A stretch of 64,000 nucleotides of DNA from assembly GCF_001194135.2 (NCBI RefSeq), contig NC_068988.1, positions 60,156,892-60,220,891 on the forward strand, read 5' to 3'. The notes beneath the pieces were generated by a model, which saw only the letters and a list, made by a program, of their open reading frames with translations, searched no databases and was not told where the DNA came from. Made by a program: the position numbers and the translations under genes. How positions within the stretch are numbered: the first letter of the stretch is position 1; every line of letters begins with the position of its first letter. The stretch comes from Octopus bimaculoides. Its lineage: Eukaryota. Positions 12,850 through 25,659 of the stretch are shown here, one piece after another.

Positions 12850-13670
12850 TCGAGGTGCTATAAGAATGTTCTAGGTCTTGAGCTATAGCGCGCCAACCGG
12901 TGCTAGGTGTGAGCTGGTAGGGAGCTTCATGAGGCGGTGAGCCGAGTTATATTGCTGTATTGAATTCACAAGTTATTAAATTCGCGTGTATGTGGTCACG
13001 TGAATGCTATAGTCTGCGATTTTGTCATGGACAGAAACAGAGAGCCAACGTGAAATTTTACGAAAATCTTGGGATGTTTGCTACGGAGACATTGAGAGTA
13101 TTTCGACAAGATTACAGCACTGGGTTGTACGCAATGTTTTGAGTGGCATGGGCGGAAGAACGTCGCTGGAAGATGATGAGCGATCTGGAAGACCTTCCAC
13201 CAACGCCACCCTCGGAAATATGGTATTGGGCATCGAGAGTTCGATCCACCAGGGCCGAACCGACAATTAAGAGTTATACTGCGAAGCATTCGTCAAAAGC
13301 ATCTGGACTTGTGGAGCGCTAAAAATTTGTTTCTTCACGACGATAATGCACTGTCATCGAGCTCGCCTCATTCGTGAGTTTCTCGACAAAACAACATAGT
13401 ATCGCTTTGCACTCGGTCTATTGACCAAATTCAATAGTTATGGACATCTATTTCTCCAAGATGAAAAGACAGTTCAAATTTCACCGTTTTAACACCGTTG
13501 CTGAGTTCCACAGCAAATTACAAATTGACTCGCTTACAAAAACGACTTCCAGACTGGATTTCAAAGGTAGCAGGAACACTGGAACCGGTATATTGCTGCG
13601 CAAGCTGACTATTTAAGATGATTTTAAAACTTAGGTAAATATGTTATCTTTTATTAAACATGACTAGTCC
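12850..13670 (+). mobile_element. mariner (DD34D) transposon remnant, internally deleted
   Basis: EQRANVKF..ATETL, LEDDERSGRPST, then a jump to GRTDN..LHDDNA..HRARLIREFL and WNRYIAAQADY. The WVP and TGDE motifs are lost. Ends are approximate. Confidence 0.8.
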
Positions 13671-14569
13671 GTGAACCTGTTGATATCAACTTTTATATTC
13701 CTAGCTGTTATGGTAGGGATATTTGAAATTCAGGTTTTTATTAATTCAGGCGACTGAATTCAAATATAACACCCAAAGGTTAATCCAAGTAATGGAGTAT
13801 AGAGATTCTAACCTGGTGATGTGTTTCATTTAGTGTTATAACGATTGTTTTATTATCGTTTCATATATTTGACTAAATTATGTATGGAAATGTAGATAAC
13901 GATGGTTCAATAAGTAAATTATGTATCAACATGCAAGTAACGCCAGAAAACTGAGCAGATTATGTATGAATGTGGAGATAATGAGATATTGCTAAGAAAA
14001 TTATAAATGAATACGTTGATAACAACGTCTCAACAAGGAAATTATATAAGAATTTGCAGATAACAGCTGATCAATGAAGAACCGATCGGCAGAGAATATT
14101 CTGTTTCATAAAAACTATTAAGGCATGGTTAGTTAGATTAGCGTTCAGTGTACAGGATAGAGTAAATATAATGTATTGGAAAAGAGTAAAATACATGGCA
14201 AAGAATTAATATTCAAACACATATAAACAAATCTAAAAGTTCAAATTCAAAGTAAACACGCTTTCTCATTCCCGAGGTTTTCAACACCTCAAAGTTAACC
14301 AAGAGAATTTCAATAGAGAGGAAACTAACTTATCTGAGACACAATTCACCTAGAAGTAACTGCTGTTTTAGTATGTAACTGAGACAAAAGACTTAGAATT
14401 TAGATAAATACTGTATAACAGCAGGATTCCTCAACACAAGTTATTTTTAAAATTCTCTTCAAGATTTCAAATACGTATTCAGATTACATTTGACGGATTT
14501 GTCCTCTTCTTGTTTGTTGTTGAGATAATAAGGTATTGCTAATTGTTTGTTGTTTACCCAACGTTTCGG

Positions 14570-14642
14570 CTGATACACCCTCCAGGTGTCTTGGAGAAAT
14601 TTCGAACCTGAGTTCTCATCCCTAAAGTAGTTTTCGATGTTG

Positions 14643-14674
<32 letters not shown>

Positions 14675-15080
14675 CGGATCACTGCCTGGAATCGAACTCG
14701 GAATCTTGGGGTTAGTAGCCCGCGCTCTTAACCACTACGCCCTATGCCCGTGGGCAACTATGGAGTGAATTTTAGGGCTTATAAATTTAATATTCTCCTA
14801 TCCTTCCTTAATACCGTTTCCCATATTATGTTCATATCTGCACTTGTTCTGCTTAGGAGGCTGTTGTGTTTTCGTATTTTCCAGTGGTGTTCTCTGTCTA
14901 TTATTTTAACTTCATCCAACAGGGGGGAGGTGGTCTCCGTTTTTCCATACATAATCAGCTTTACCAAGATCTCCCCGCGTCACAGTTTTGCGATGTTCCT
15001 CTACCCTTATTTTGAGGGGGCGTCATGTTTCGCCTTTGTACAACCTACACTTCAACTCCCACCATCTATATAGAGTGTAA
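14570..15080 (-). mobile_element. Penelope/Poseidon-type PLE 3' part: GIY-YIG C-terminus, tRNA-like unit, (AAT)n and decayed hammerhead
   Basis: Minus strand: CRLYKGET*RPLKIRVEEHRKTVTRG..DEVKIIDREHHWKIRK..LLSR.SADMNIIWE.VL, followed by a 3' region ending CAGCCGAAACGTTGGGT. Confidence 0.8.
14679..14750 (-). promoter_or_regulatory. tRNA-derived Pol III type-2 promoter unit (A and B boxes), not a functional tRNA
   Basis: GGGCGTAGTGGTTAAGAGCGC (A box and D-arm), GGGCTACTAACCC, GAGTTCGATTCC (B box). The acceptor stem does not pair. Confidence 0.65.
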
Positions 15081-15305
15081 AGAGAGGGATTGCTCAGTGC
15101 CTAAAACATCGAACAATGAATATAAGTAGTGATCGTGATGCCCACCACGAAGAAATGATCACGCTCAGTAACAATCTATTAAGCAACAACTACCCCAAAA
15201 GCATACTCTCCACTCCAATTATGAAGAAAAGAGAGGATGAAACCGATAAACTGTCCAAAGTCTGTCTACCCTATGTGAAATGCCTCCCCAAAAAGATACA
15301 AAAGC
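15081..15305 (+). mobile_element. PLE RT-thumb/linker fragment, inverted relative to the adjacent endonuclease part
   Basis: RGIAQCLKHR..EEMITLSNNLLSNNYPKSIL..VCLPYVKCLPKKIQK (ORF 15116-15334) matches the PLE NxYP..LPYV linker. Confidence 0.7.
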
Positions 15306-16433
15306 CTATAAAATGCAAATTTGAAATAAAATAGTATTCTGACTTCATTGCTTCGGCTTTCATTTTATATTTCAAACTTGCTTTATAATGACTTTCAAAC
15401 AATTTAAACTTTAAATATCAAACAATACTTGACATACACATCGCTCCACTAATATTCACCACACTACACATAGACATAGACACAGGCACACATATAGATA
15501 CACGCACATATATGTATATAATGACGTTGGGTAGTCATTGAACCTATACACTAGATGAACATTGCACCTCCACGCTCCAGTAAGATATTTTTGTTTCAAC
15601 CAACCAGAAAATATAATGTCCGACTACACTTTTATAAAATTATAACGTTTGAAAAAACTAGTAATCTCTCTAATAATAGAAAGTCTGGGAGAGATTTTGG
15701 TTTAAGGAATTGTGTATTAAACTATCAAATAGCAATTTTTTTTAAGCATTGCAGAAAAACTATAATTATAATTATGGAATTTTAAATTCCTTTTTATAAA
15801 CGAAATACAGTAACAATAATGTGATGACATGAGAGGTAAAGCATGTTCTGTGAATTTAGTGCATAGATACATGTCTCTCACACAGATAAAAAGGAAATCT
15901 TGAAACCTCAGTTAATATGTTGAAAGATGAAACATTCGATTGCAAAGAAGAAACACGCACAGCAAATAATATGAATTGCTAGTAGTGTGGTCATGTTAGC
16001 GATATTTCTTTACAGGGAAGAAAACACAGCATAATATAACCGCGTTAGAAAGATTACTGATGGCAGATAAGAGAATAGAATAAATCAAACTGAACATTCT
16101 TCAAATACAAGAACGAAAGAAATAGTTGCACACTGATTATATATTAACAAACTTCATAATGCTAGCCTACCGATGAAGTTTTTTCTCATGTTCAGAAATT
16201 ATAGAAGTTTACTTTATGAAACATTTTGCATCACTACACTACTCAAAGTCTAACATTATTATGCGTGTGTGTGTGGGGGGGGGTGTACTATTGCATTTTC
16301 CTATCTAGCTACCAAAATATCATCTATCTATGTTACTATATATATGCAACACATACATAAACACACACATACAAAAGCACGCACACACAGACACACACAC
16401 GCACACGCACGCATGCACATATCGATATATATG

Positions 16434-16595
<162 letters not shown>

Positions 16596-19523
16596 TCTGA
16601 ACTTCAATATTACATACGAACAGGAGAGATGAACTAAATATGGTGCTACGCAATGAGCTACTCTCTTTCGAAAAGTTGGCATACTTTCTGAGAAATTATT
16701 TTATCACTAAGACATACTGATTTAAAAGAAGATATCGATGCCGGTGCTTATGTGCAAGGATTTTATCAAGAGTGTTTCTTCATAGTTAGTTGACCAGTGA
16801 GAATTATCAACTAAATATAATATTTTCCGAAAATTCAAAGAACGGCTGAAATAGTAATAGGTCTGCACAATCAGATGAAATCAAATTTGATTCGACGAGT
16901 TTGGGACAGATCGAAAAAAAAGACTTTCAAAATATTACAAAGTATTTTGTCTGCTACCATGCAGCTCCTGAAAATCCATCGATTCTGTTTGTCAAGTATG
17001 TTTGTTGCCTACAATTTACAATGACATGAGAGTTCGACGGGAGCGTTCGATAAATCAGTTTGCCGTGATATGTGTACGTGTAAGGGTTCGATGTTTTCTT
17101 TCGCTTCAGAGTGCGGAAATGTGAAATAATTTTACATCTTAAAATTTTAGAAATTGCTTAGTGTGGTACTAAATGTTTTGCCTCTCAACCTCGTGCGTAT
17201 TGACTCCACTCCATACTAACTATGCGTATATTGTCCTCCAATGTTCTGTTAGGGTCTGGAACTAGAAACGTATGTCTACCTGCTCTGTGGTATAAGCCTA
17301 GTCACTGTTGTGAGGGAGGAAAGTTGCCGTTTTTAGTCAGCTACATTCTCATCAAGAAACAATGCATAAATCCTCTAAAACAAAGCAAATATAAAACGAG
17401 TTTATGAAATTTAAGTTAATTACCTGATATTAGTTTGGTTAATCAAAGACATCATACCGGAAATATATTTGGGGGATTCCACAATTATAGGTTCCGTGCT
17501 GGGAAGTTCGGTATTAGTGCCATTGATGCTGAGTAGTTTTTGTAGAAATGACTTCCAGTCAAACTATACATAAATAGATTAATATAAAAGCAATTAGAAA
17601 ACATGGAGAGAGCGAGAGAACGAGAAGGAGAGAGAGGGAAAGTGTGTGAGAGAGAAAGAGTAAGAGCGAGAGAATGAAATCGAAGAAAAGAGAATCAAAT
17701 ATGTAGTAATATGTGGGAGAACTTTAATAAATTCAATCCAATAAAAATGATCATTTTCACAAAGTATGTTATATTGTAAATAGTTGAAGAGTTTCGTTCC
17801 TCTGGAATTAAGATCGGCTTGGTCAAAACTTTCTAACGTACTTTGGATGCTTTTAATACTGCGTGGGTAAGTCTCAGAAGCTGACCCACTACCTTAGTTC
17901 ACTACTGCGAACACTTAATCGATCATTTAAGAAACTTTCACGGTGTTCGTCCACAGCCAAACTTTACCGTTAGATGATCATAAGGATATTACATACGAAA
18001 TGCATGTTATAAAACCTAGAAAATAATGATAGTAGTTGCAGCTCATAAATTCTGCTAAGGAACAATTTTGTTCTCTGGCTTACATTAGGAGATATTCTTA
18101 ATAGTGATCGTGTTATCAGTTAGGGGGCTTCCAATACGCAGGCTTCGGAAACAACCTGGATTAAACATCACGCAACAGGATCAGAGGTTGCCCTATAATC
18201 CTTCCTAAAATCTTAAAGTGCTAATTGTGGTTAATGCCTTAGCCTCTCTTCCAAGTTGGTTTATTACTCTCGCAGTAAAATTCATTTTTCACCGGTGGCC
18301 CTGACGTGTATTTTCAAGCATATCACCCTACTCAGATCTGCCCTCGCTCTCAAGCCAAAATGTAGTATCAAATTCTCATTAAAGGCCTGTAAGAATATTT
18401 AGCCATATAAAATGAACCCAGTACGTACGTATTAGGTTCGATTCATTCGACATACGGAGTGCTAAATATCAGTGCCCAGCGAGAGAGCCCGTAATGAATT
18501 ATTCAATTAAGGTTAAATAAACGACAGCATGTAAATTATTATTGAAATAGTTCATATCATTTGCTTTGAATTGTCTCGCGAATGATTCTCAAGATAACTC
18601 AAACCAGAAATAACAATCACTGGTTGGTCACATTATGAGTAATAATATAAATAATGGTACATTGTTTTATACTTATATCAGTATGATATGAACAATATAC
18701 AGATTTTGACATACATTCATAACGTACCTACCCACACGACTTCTCATTCTACTTTTCTTTTAGCTTGCTTAGTTTCTCTTCAAATTTGCTGAATCAGTGC
18801 GAGGATTCGATCTAACCAATTTATTGTACTCACGGTAAAATTTATTTTTCACCAGAGACCTTAATTGGCATTGTGTATTTTCAAACATATCACCATTAGT
18901 CAGATGTTCCTTCGCTGTCAAGTGAAAAGTGATATGATACATTCTTATTTGACTATAAAATATAAATTGTTTAGTTTTCTTATCTAATATATCAGTATAT
19001 ATCTTAGAAAAGAAAACGATGTAGGTAAGAAGCTGTAAGTAGACAACAAATCAGTAAATACGATGCTAGTATTCAATCGAAGAAAAAAATGTTTAATGTA
19101 TAACATCTATGAAATAAACAAAGAGCAGAAGCTGAATACTATATGAAAGATAATTCTGTAGCTATCGCATAAAAAAGAAAAAAAACGAACAGTAGAAACA
19201 TCAAGGTATATAATTCCTTATGTATATTATATATGTATGTGTTCTACGTTTTTCAATCTATTTATTTCTCTCCCTTCCACTCTCCCACTATCTCTCTATG
19301 TACACTGACACACACTAATGGATACATTTATATATATATGCATCTATATGTGAGTATTTGTGTATGAACAAACTTATTTCGTAGATATGTATGTGTGTAT
19401 GTGTGTCTGTGTTTTAATGTATGTAAATATATATGTATATATATATATATATAAATATAAATATATATATATACTTATATATATACATACAAATTAACAT
19501 ACATATGCATATACATACATGCA

Positions 19524-19558
<35 letters not shown>

Positions 19559-19719
19559 GACTATTTGTACGTTTGCATGCATGTATACCTACGTACGCTT
19601 ATATTATGTGCACCTGTCGTTGAAATGAATATAGAATAACACCAACGATATTTAACGGTAATGTTGGCAATCACTAATACAGTATTTATCTAGTAATAAT
19701 TCCGGCGAGGTATCTTACT

Positions 19720-20010
19720 TACAGTTCTGTAATTAAGAGATTAGAGGTCAAAAACAGAGCCACCCCCGCGAGAGTTGATATATACGCCCAGGTCTAGGTC
19801 GTTCCCTGTGTAAAGTAAGACCTCTGTGAAGAACAAATTGAACAAGATGAGGCCGAGTACACAGCCCTGTTTCAATGGAAATGCTGAAAGATTTGGTGCA
19901 GTCACCATTTCAAAGAACTTGACTTGTCATATTGTCGTCAAAGAGTCTTATGAATGTAATGAACTTGTATGCGCCGTCCACCCCGTCATCCGAAACTCGG
20001 AGCTTTATCA
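19720..20010 (-). mobile_element. RTE (BovB-like) LINE reverse-transcriptase fragment
   Basis: Minus strand: FIRLFDDNMTSQVL..KQGCVLGLILFNLFF..DLDLGVYI..GSVFDL, typical of RTE RT domains 3-4. Confidence 0.75.
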
Positions 20011-20054
20011 TGGTTACCGAATAAGTGTCACATATTTTTACAGATATATATATG

Positions 20055-20781
20055 CATGGTGTACCAAAAGTCACTGATGACTTTCAATTTTTAATAACTT
20101 CAATAACTTTACAATATATGCATGAAATATATATAAAGGATATAATGGAAATTGATATGCACATGCCAAGATTTGCAGCACCACTACATCACATATAAAA
20201 AAAATATCGCTTAAATGGCAGCCATTTTCGGTTTCATGCCTGCACTCTTTCCAAAACGTGCACCATAACTCCATCGAGAGTTTCAGACCCCACTTTTCTG
20301 ATTTCTCTATTTAAGGTCTCTTTCGGTTGCACCAGGGTCTCCGGTTTGTTGACCTAAATTCTCTCTTTCAGGTATCCATGACTGAGACCTTTTTTGCGAC
20401 CGGCCATTCAAAGTAAACACACTGTTTCCAGCAAGATGGGGAACTTCTCATACTGCAAGAGAAACAATGCAGTTGCCACGGCAGTGCTTTGAAGAGAGAA
20501 TAATCTCCCACTACGGCAATGTCAACTGACCTTCACGTTCCCCAGACTTGACTAGCCCGGATTTTTTCTTTTTTTATGTTTCAAGCTTTGGAAGGAGTAC
20601 GAAGATAGCTGCCATTTAAGTGGTCATTTTTCATAAGTGATCCAGTTTTGTTGCAAATTGTGACTCATGCATATTCATTTCCATTATGTCATTTATATTG
20701 TCGCTAACGTTCATACATTTATGTGTAAGGTTAAGGGAGTTATTTATAATTAAAATCCTTCTGTGACTTTTGGGACATTTG
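20055..20781. mobile_element. DD41D (rosa/Visitor-type) Tc1/mariner remnant with about 180-bp imperfect inverted arms
   Basis: Arms begin GGTGTACCAAAAGTCAC and end GTGACTTTTGGGACA. Plus strand gives FQQDG[A]TSHTARETMQ..N*PSRSPDLTSPDFF, with 41 residues between the Ds after restoring one frameshift. Minus strand gives GYLKER..ENGCHLSDI. Confidence 0.8.
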
Positions 20782-22757
20782 GAACTTTTGCAAAAATCTC
20801 ATTTGCGATATTATACCAAACAATGCGATCAGGGGTCTGCGCAATTTTCAGATACTTATCTTGCAGTGGATGGCGAGCACGTGGGCGTGGTAAAATAGCT
20901 GTCGTCACGAGGTTGAATCGATCCCAGAACTGAATTTTGAAATTAACTTCTTACCCACACTGCATTGCTTGGTATTATATTCCAACAGATTGGAGCAAGA
21001 TACCCATTTCGTCTTTTTTATATGTTTTCCGTTTATTATATATATTTTTTCACTCACCAGACTTAAGAGATGCAGAGATACTGCTGGTTATAGAATTTTC
21101 TTTTTTTTTTATCCTTTTATCAACTCGACTAATAAATAAATACAGAAATGTAAAATTTAGTTGTTTAGCTGGGAGTTATTTCTGATATAGCCAGAAGGAA
21201 GAAATTCAAACATAAAAGAAGTTTCAGACATTTAACTACGATTCAGAACTGACAAAATATATCTTAGACTACCTGAAGGGGAAATAAAAGGAAGAAATAA
21301 AAATGTGTAAGCTTTTAGCATGAAGTTCACATTGTTTTATTCTTCTTTCCTTTCTTTTCAAATATAGAAACACGAATTTGATGGGAGAGCAGGAGAATGT
21401 GGGAGAGGCTGATGTATCTTCTCGAGTTGTTGGTGTATATGACGAAACGATTTGCGGTATTTATTCTAGTTCATTATGTTACGAGATCTAATCCCGTTAT
21501 ATTTACAGCAGTGGAAATCTTATTCCGGTACAGTGGTTTATAGTGACTACGTGGCTTTGGGTCAATTCAACGGCATTCAATTATTCATGTGAATTTTCCC
21601 CTAAGGATGCCTTCCTTCTTCTACGCCAGTAGGCTCAGAGGTCATTACTGTGGTAAATGTAATTCCTTCTACTAATTATACGAGAGAAAACTAGAGGACA
21701 TAAGCTACGACTAACTTGAACAGATGAAAACTCCAGGAAAAACAAATATCTGTCATATGAGAATATTACCTGGGTAAAATCACTGGTAGTTTTACCCTGA
21801 ACGGAAATATCGAGAGACAGATATGGGTAATTATCAGTATATGTGTCTAGTTCAGTTACATATATTCATAAACACCCATTTAACAGATGCATGATTATGC
21901 ACACATGCATTTTTATGTATATTCATATATNNNNNNNNNNNNNNNNNNNNNNNNNNNNNNNNNNNNNNNNNNNNNNNNNNNNNNNNNNNNNNNNNNNNNN
22001 NNNNNNNNNNNNNNNNNNNNNNNNNNNNNNNNNNNNNNNNNNNNNNNNNNNNNNNNNNNNNNNNNNNNNNNNNNNNNNNNNNNNNNNNNNNNNNNNNNNN
22101 NNNNNNNNNNNNNNNNNNNNNNNNNNNNNNNNNNNNNNNNNNNNNNNNNNNNNNNNNNNNNNNNNNNNNNNNNNNNNNNNNNNNNNNNNNNNNNNNNNNN
22201 NNNNNNNNNNNNNNNNNNNNNNNNNNNNNNNNNNNNNNNNNNNNNNNNNNNNNNNNNNNNNNNNNNNNNNNNNNNNNNNNNNNNNNNNNNNNNNNNNNNN
22301 NNNNNNNNNNNNNNNNNNNNNNNNNNNNNNNNNNNNNNNNNNNNNNNNNNNNNNNNNNNNNNNNNNNNNNNNNNNNNNNNNNNNNNNNNNNNNNNNNNNN
22401 NNNNNNNNNNNNNNNNNNNNNNNNNNNNNNNNNNNNNNNNNNNNNNNNNNNNNNNNNNNNNNNNNNNNNNNNNNNNNNNNNNNNNNNNNNNNNNNNNNNN
22501 NNNNNNNNNNNNNNNNNNNNNNNNNNNNNNNNNNNNNNNNNNNNNNNNNNNNNNNNNNNNNNNNNNNNNNNNNNNNNNNNNNNNNNNNNNNNNNNNNNNN
22601 NNNNNNNNNNNNNNNNNNNNNNNNNNNNNNNNNNNNNNNNNNNNNNNNNNNNNNNNNNNNNNNNNNNNNNNNNNNNNNNNNNNNNNNNNNNNNNNNNNNN
22701 NNNNNNNNNNNNNNNNNNNNNNNNNNNNNNNNNNNNNNNNNNNNNNNNNNNNNNNNN

Positions 22758-22824
<67 letters not shown>

Positions 22825-22869
22825 ACACATAAAGATCCTATTAAGAATCATCAACACTACCTTTTATTG

Positions 22870-24054
22870 ATTTTTTTACCTTCGAACAATAAACGGCCAA
22901 TGAAATAAATGATAGTTCGATAGTTGCAGCCCAAAAAAGAAAAGAAAGTACCGACAGCATTTTGGAAAACGAGAGGCACCATCCCGTAATTTGATCCTGC
23001 GTGCTGTTACAAACACCCATTAGACAGGCAATACCGAGAAGAAAAAATCTCCACGTCGACCTCAAACGATTTGTGATGCATAGAACTGCTAAACCGTGGG
23101 GAACATTATTGAACAAAGTTACTCTAAGTCCGCACGTCGATTGACTCAAAGGTTGAATATTTCGCGAACCAGTAGCAGATGGATTTTAAAACTAGACCTA
23201 CACTTGTATTTATATAAGTTACAGCTAGTGCAGCAATTATTTCTGCTAGGTAAGGTGGAAGGAAAAGCTTTTAGTGATTGGTTGCTCAATATATGCAGGG
23301 AGGGAAAGGATTTTATCCATCTTTTGATCACATCACATGAAATTCACTTTAACCTTTCTGGTTATGTTAATAAACAAAACTGTAGGTTTTGGGGTTGTAA
23401 AGGTCCTCAAATCGTGCACGAAATTCCTATCCACAGTTGGAGGATTACAGTGTGGTGTGCAATGAATTATGCATGTGTTATTCGTCCTTACGTTTTTGAG
23501 GAGGATCATATCATGGTGGGCCCTAACAATAACTGCTCAACCCTACAGTCATATATTGGAGATATTCTTCTTTTCCGAGTTATAAAGGCCTATCCTGACA
23601 CAGATACGTATGCAACAAGATAGGGCTACTAGTCATAGAGCGACTCTCAATGACAATGTTTCGATATCAATTCCCCGGACATCTCAATTCAAGTTTTGGA
23701 AATATCCACTGGCCATCCAGATCACCTAATCTAACCTATGTGGATTATTTCCTGTGGTATTACCACAAGGATAGAGTATACGCAAGAAGGCGCCAGTGAA
23801 ACTAAAGCATCCGTAGAGAGACTGCAGCTGTTCTAGTTGATATGCAAAGCCGCGTGTGCTTGATATGAGAAAGAGTGCTCGTGAATGCTCGCTTTATGGT
23901 GGTAACCATCTCCAGGATATCATATTCAAATTTGAGATAATTTGAACACTTGTATATCAGTTTTGAAAAAATATATTTGGTTCTCTATGTCTCTAACTTC
24001 ATAACCCAAGATACAAGCATTTAAAATTTTTCCTATTATTTTGCCCCACCCCCT
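22870..24054 (+). mobile_element. DD41D-type Tc1/mariner transposase pseudogene with right TIR in (TA)n
   Basis: ORF 23096-23623: SARRL..LNISRTS..LHLYLYKLQLVQQL..S(D>H)EIHFNLSGYVNKQNCRFWG..ITVWCA, then QQDRATSH and WPSRSPNLT..DYFLW. Right end is ATTATTTTGCCCCACCCCT followed by TA repeats. Confidence 0.88.
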
Positions 24055-24259
24055 TATATATATATATATATATAAACATAATTAAGGGATCAGCAAATAT
24101 TTGCTGATCCCTTAATTATATTTATAAATATATATGAGCTTTTAAATAAGTTCTCCGCCAATAATGGTGCTTTCATACCGATGGGCTTGGTAAAAATTAT
24201 TAATTGTTAATTGATTTATTAATTAATAAATTGATAATCCTTTACCCTTTTAATTTGTA

Positions 24260-24310
<51 letters not shown>

Positions 24311-25449
24311 TGCCTATGTATACACATATAAATACATAACCAGCTACACAAGTATGCATGCATACTCTTGCATACAGCCAGGTAGATTTTCATAGATACT
24401 TGTACATGCATATACATTATACAGAAAGGTGAGCATGTGTCTCTCACTTAGAATATCTCATTGATTGCATTGAGAGAATACCTGAATAAGATACTGAAAA
24501 TAGGAAATAATAGACATGCTACTTTGAAGTTAATGCACACCATTATAGCATTAGATGCATCTTCAACAATTCTCTTGATAGTTGAAAAGGCTGAACTACT
24601 AAATCAGTTTCGTGCATGAATTTATTGCCTAACAACATATTTTATTTGACCTACGCCATCGTTGTCTTCGTACCGTGGAGATTCCGAACTGTTTATTCAC
24701 TTAAATACACTATCATCATCGGATTTTAAGCTTTAAGAGTCTGGAACTGAAATTACCAAATAGATAATACTTTGAGCTTAAAATGTATTTAATACGGTGA
24801 CAGGACTTCAAGTACGTATATTCACTTTCTATTTGATTTATTTGATCAAGAGGAGTGAGAAGAGACATTCTTGTGAACCAAAGAGATTTATATTATTTAT
24901 TTTTGTTAAACATTAAATACATTCTGTTCACTAAGAATGTGGTTTCGAATATATTTTATTTCTCACTCAATAGCTCCGTAATAATTTTGTTGAGAGACAT
25001 GTAACAAGTTTGAATGGAATGATCAACATGTATATCCATATAGATGTGAAGAAAACGTACGTATACATATGTTTGTGTACCAAACATACAATACATCCTT
25101 GAAACAAATCACTATGTTGATATGTATGCATATATTTATCGACACTCCACCTGTGACGACCAAAATATTATATCTCAATATCATTTGAAATAGAGGCGTA
25201 AATATATTGAATGACATAGGGACACTTATACTCAGGTGTATGAGTTACTGTGTAAACAATTCAATGAACATTACTCTTCAGCTGCTTTCGCAAATTTAAT
25301 GCATACTTAAAGCATGGTTCACACAGAAGTAAATAACATCGATGTAAAGAAATACGTGTTTTATTCACGTGTTAAGCATACATTAATCTCACGAAAGCTG
25401 ATCAAGTGCAACGTTCACTGAAAGCTTTGCACAGGTACAGAGAGTCTTG

Positions 25450-25650
25450 AATATAATTGTTCTCTAACCCCGAGTTCAGAAACCTGCCTAAATTATTTTT
25501 TAGGATTATCGCTAGGAACTTCCCACTAGGTCATAAATATCATTCCACATCTTGCCTTAAATTATCGTACTCAACCACACCCAATCTAGGATCTATAATT
25601 GCGGCCAGTAATAGACTTAAACTTAGAAATAACAGCAGTAATGTTTCAAA
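25450..25650 (+). mobile_element. PLE linker fragment (Hydra-clade-like)
   Basis: KLFFRIIARNFPLGHKYH..LKLSYSTTPNLGSIIAASNRLKL matches the PLE LKLSYS..PN...I..HN linker and the fragment at 2130-2300. Confidence 0.6.
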
Positions 25651-25659
25651 AAGTTGCAT

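Noticed and set aside
14679-14750. Possible tRNA gene (ACT anticodon loop)
   Set aside because: The acceptor stem and T-stem do not pair. Treated as a tRNA-derived promoter unit.
15020-15030. In-frame TGA at a Cys-like position (GET*RPL) suggesting a selenoprotein PLE
   Set aside because: Single decayed copy with other lesions and no SECIS seen. Selenoprotein PLEs are described for N-terminal-EN Naiads, not this domain order.
21843-22870. Long ORFs of 280-413 aa here and at 27.5-28.5 kb and 33.4-34.6 kb
   Set aside because: They are made of N (X) runs and microsatellites and are not real coding sequence.
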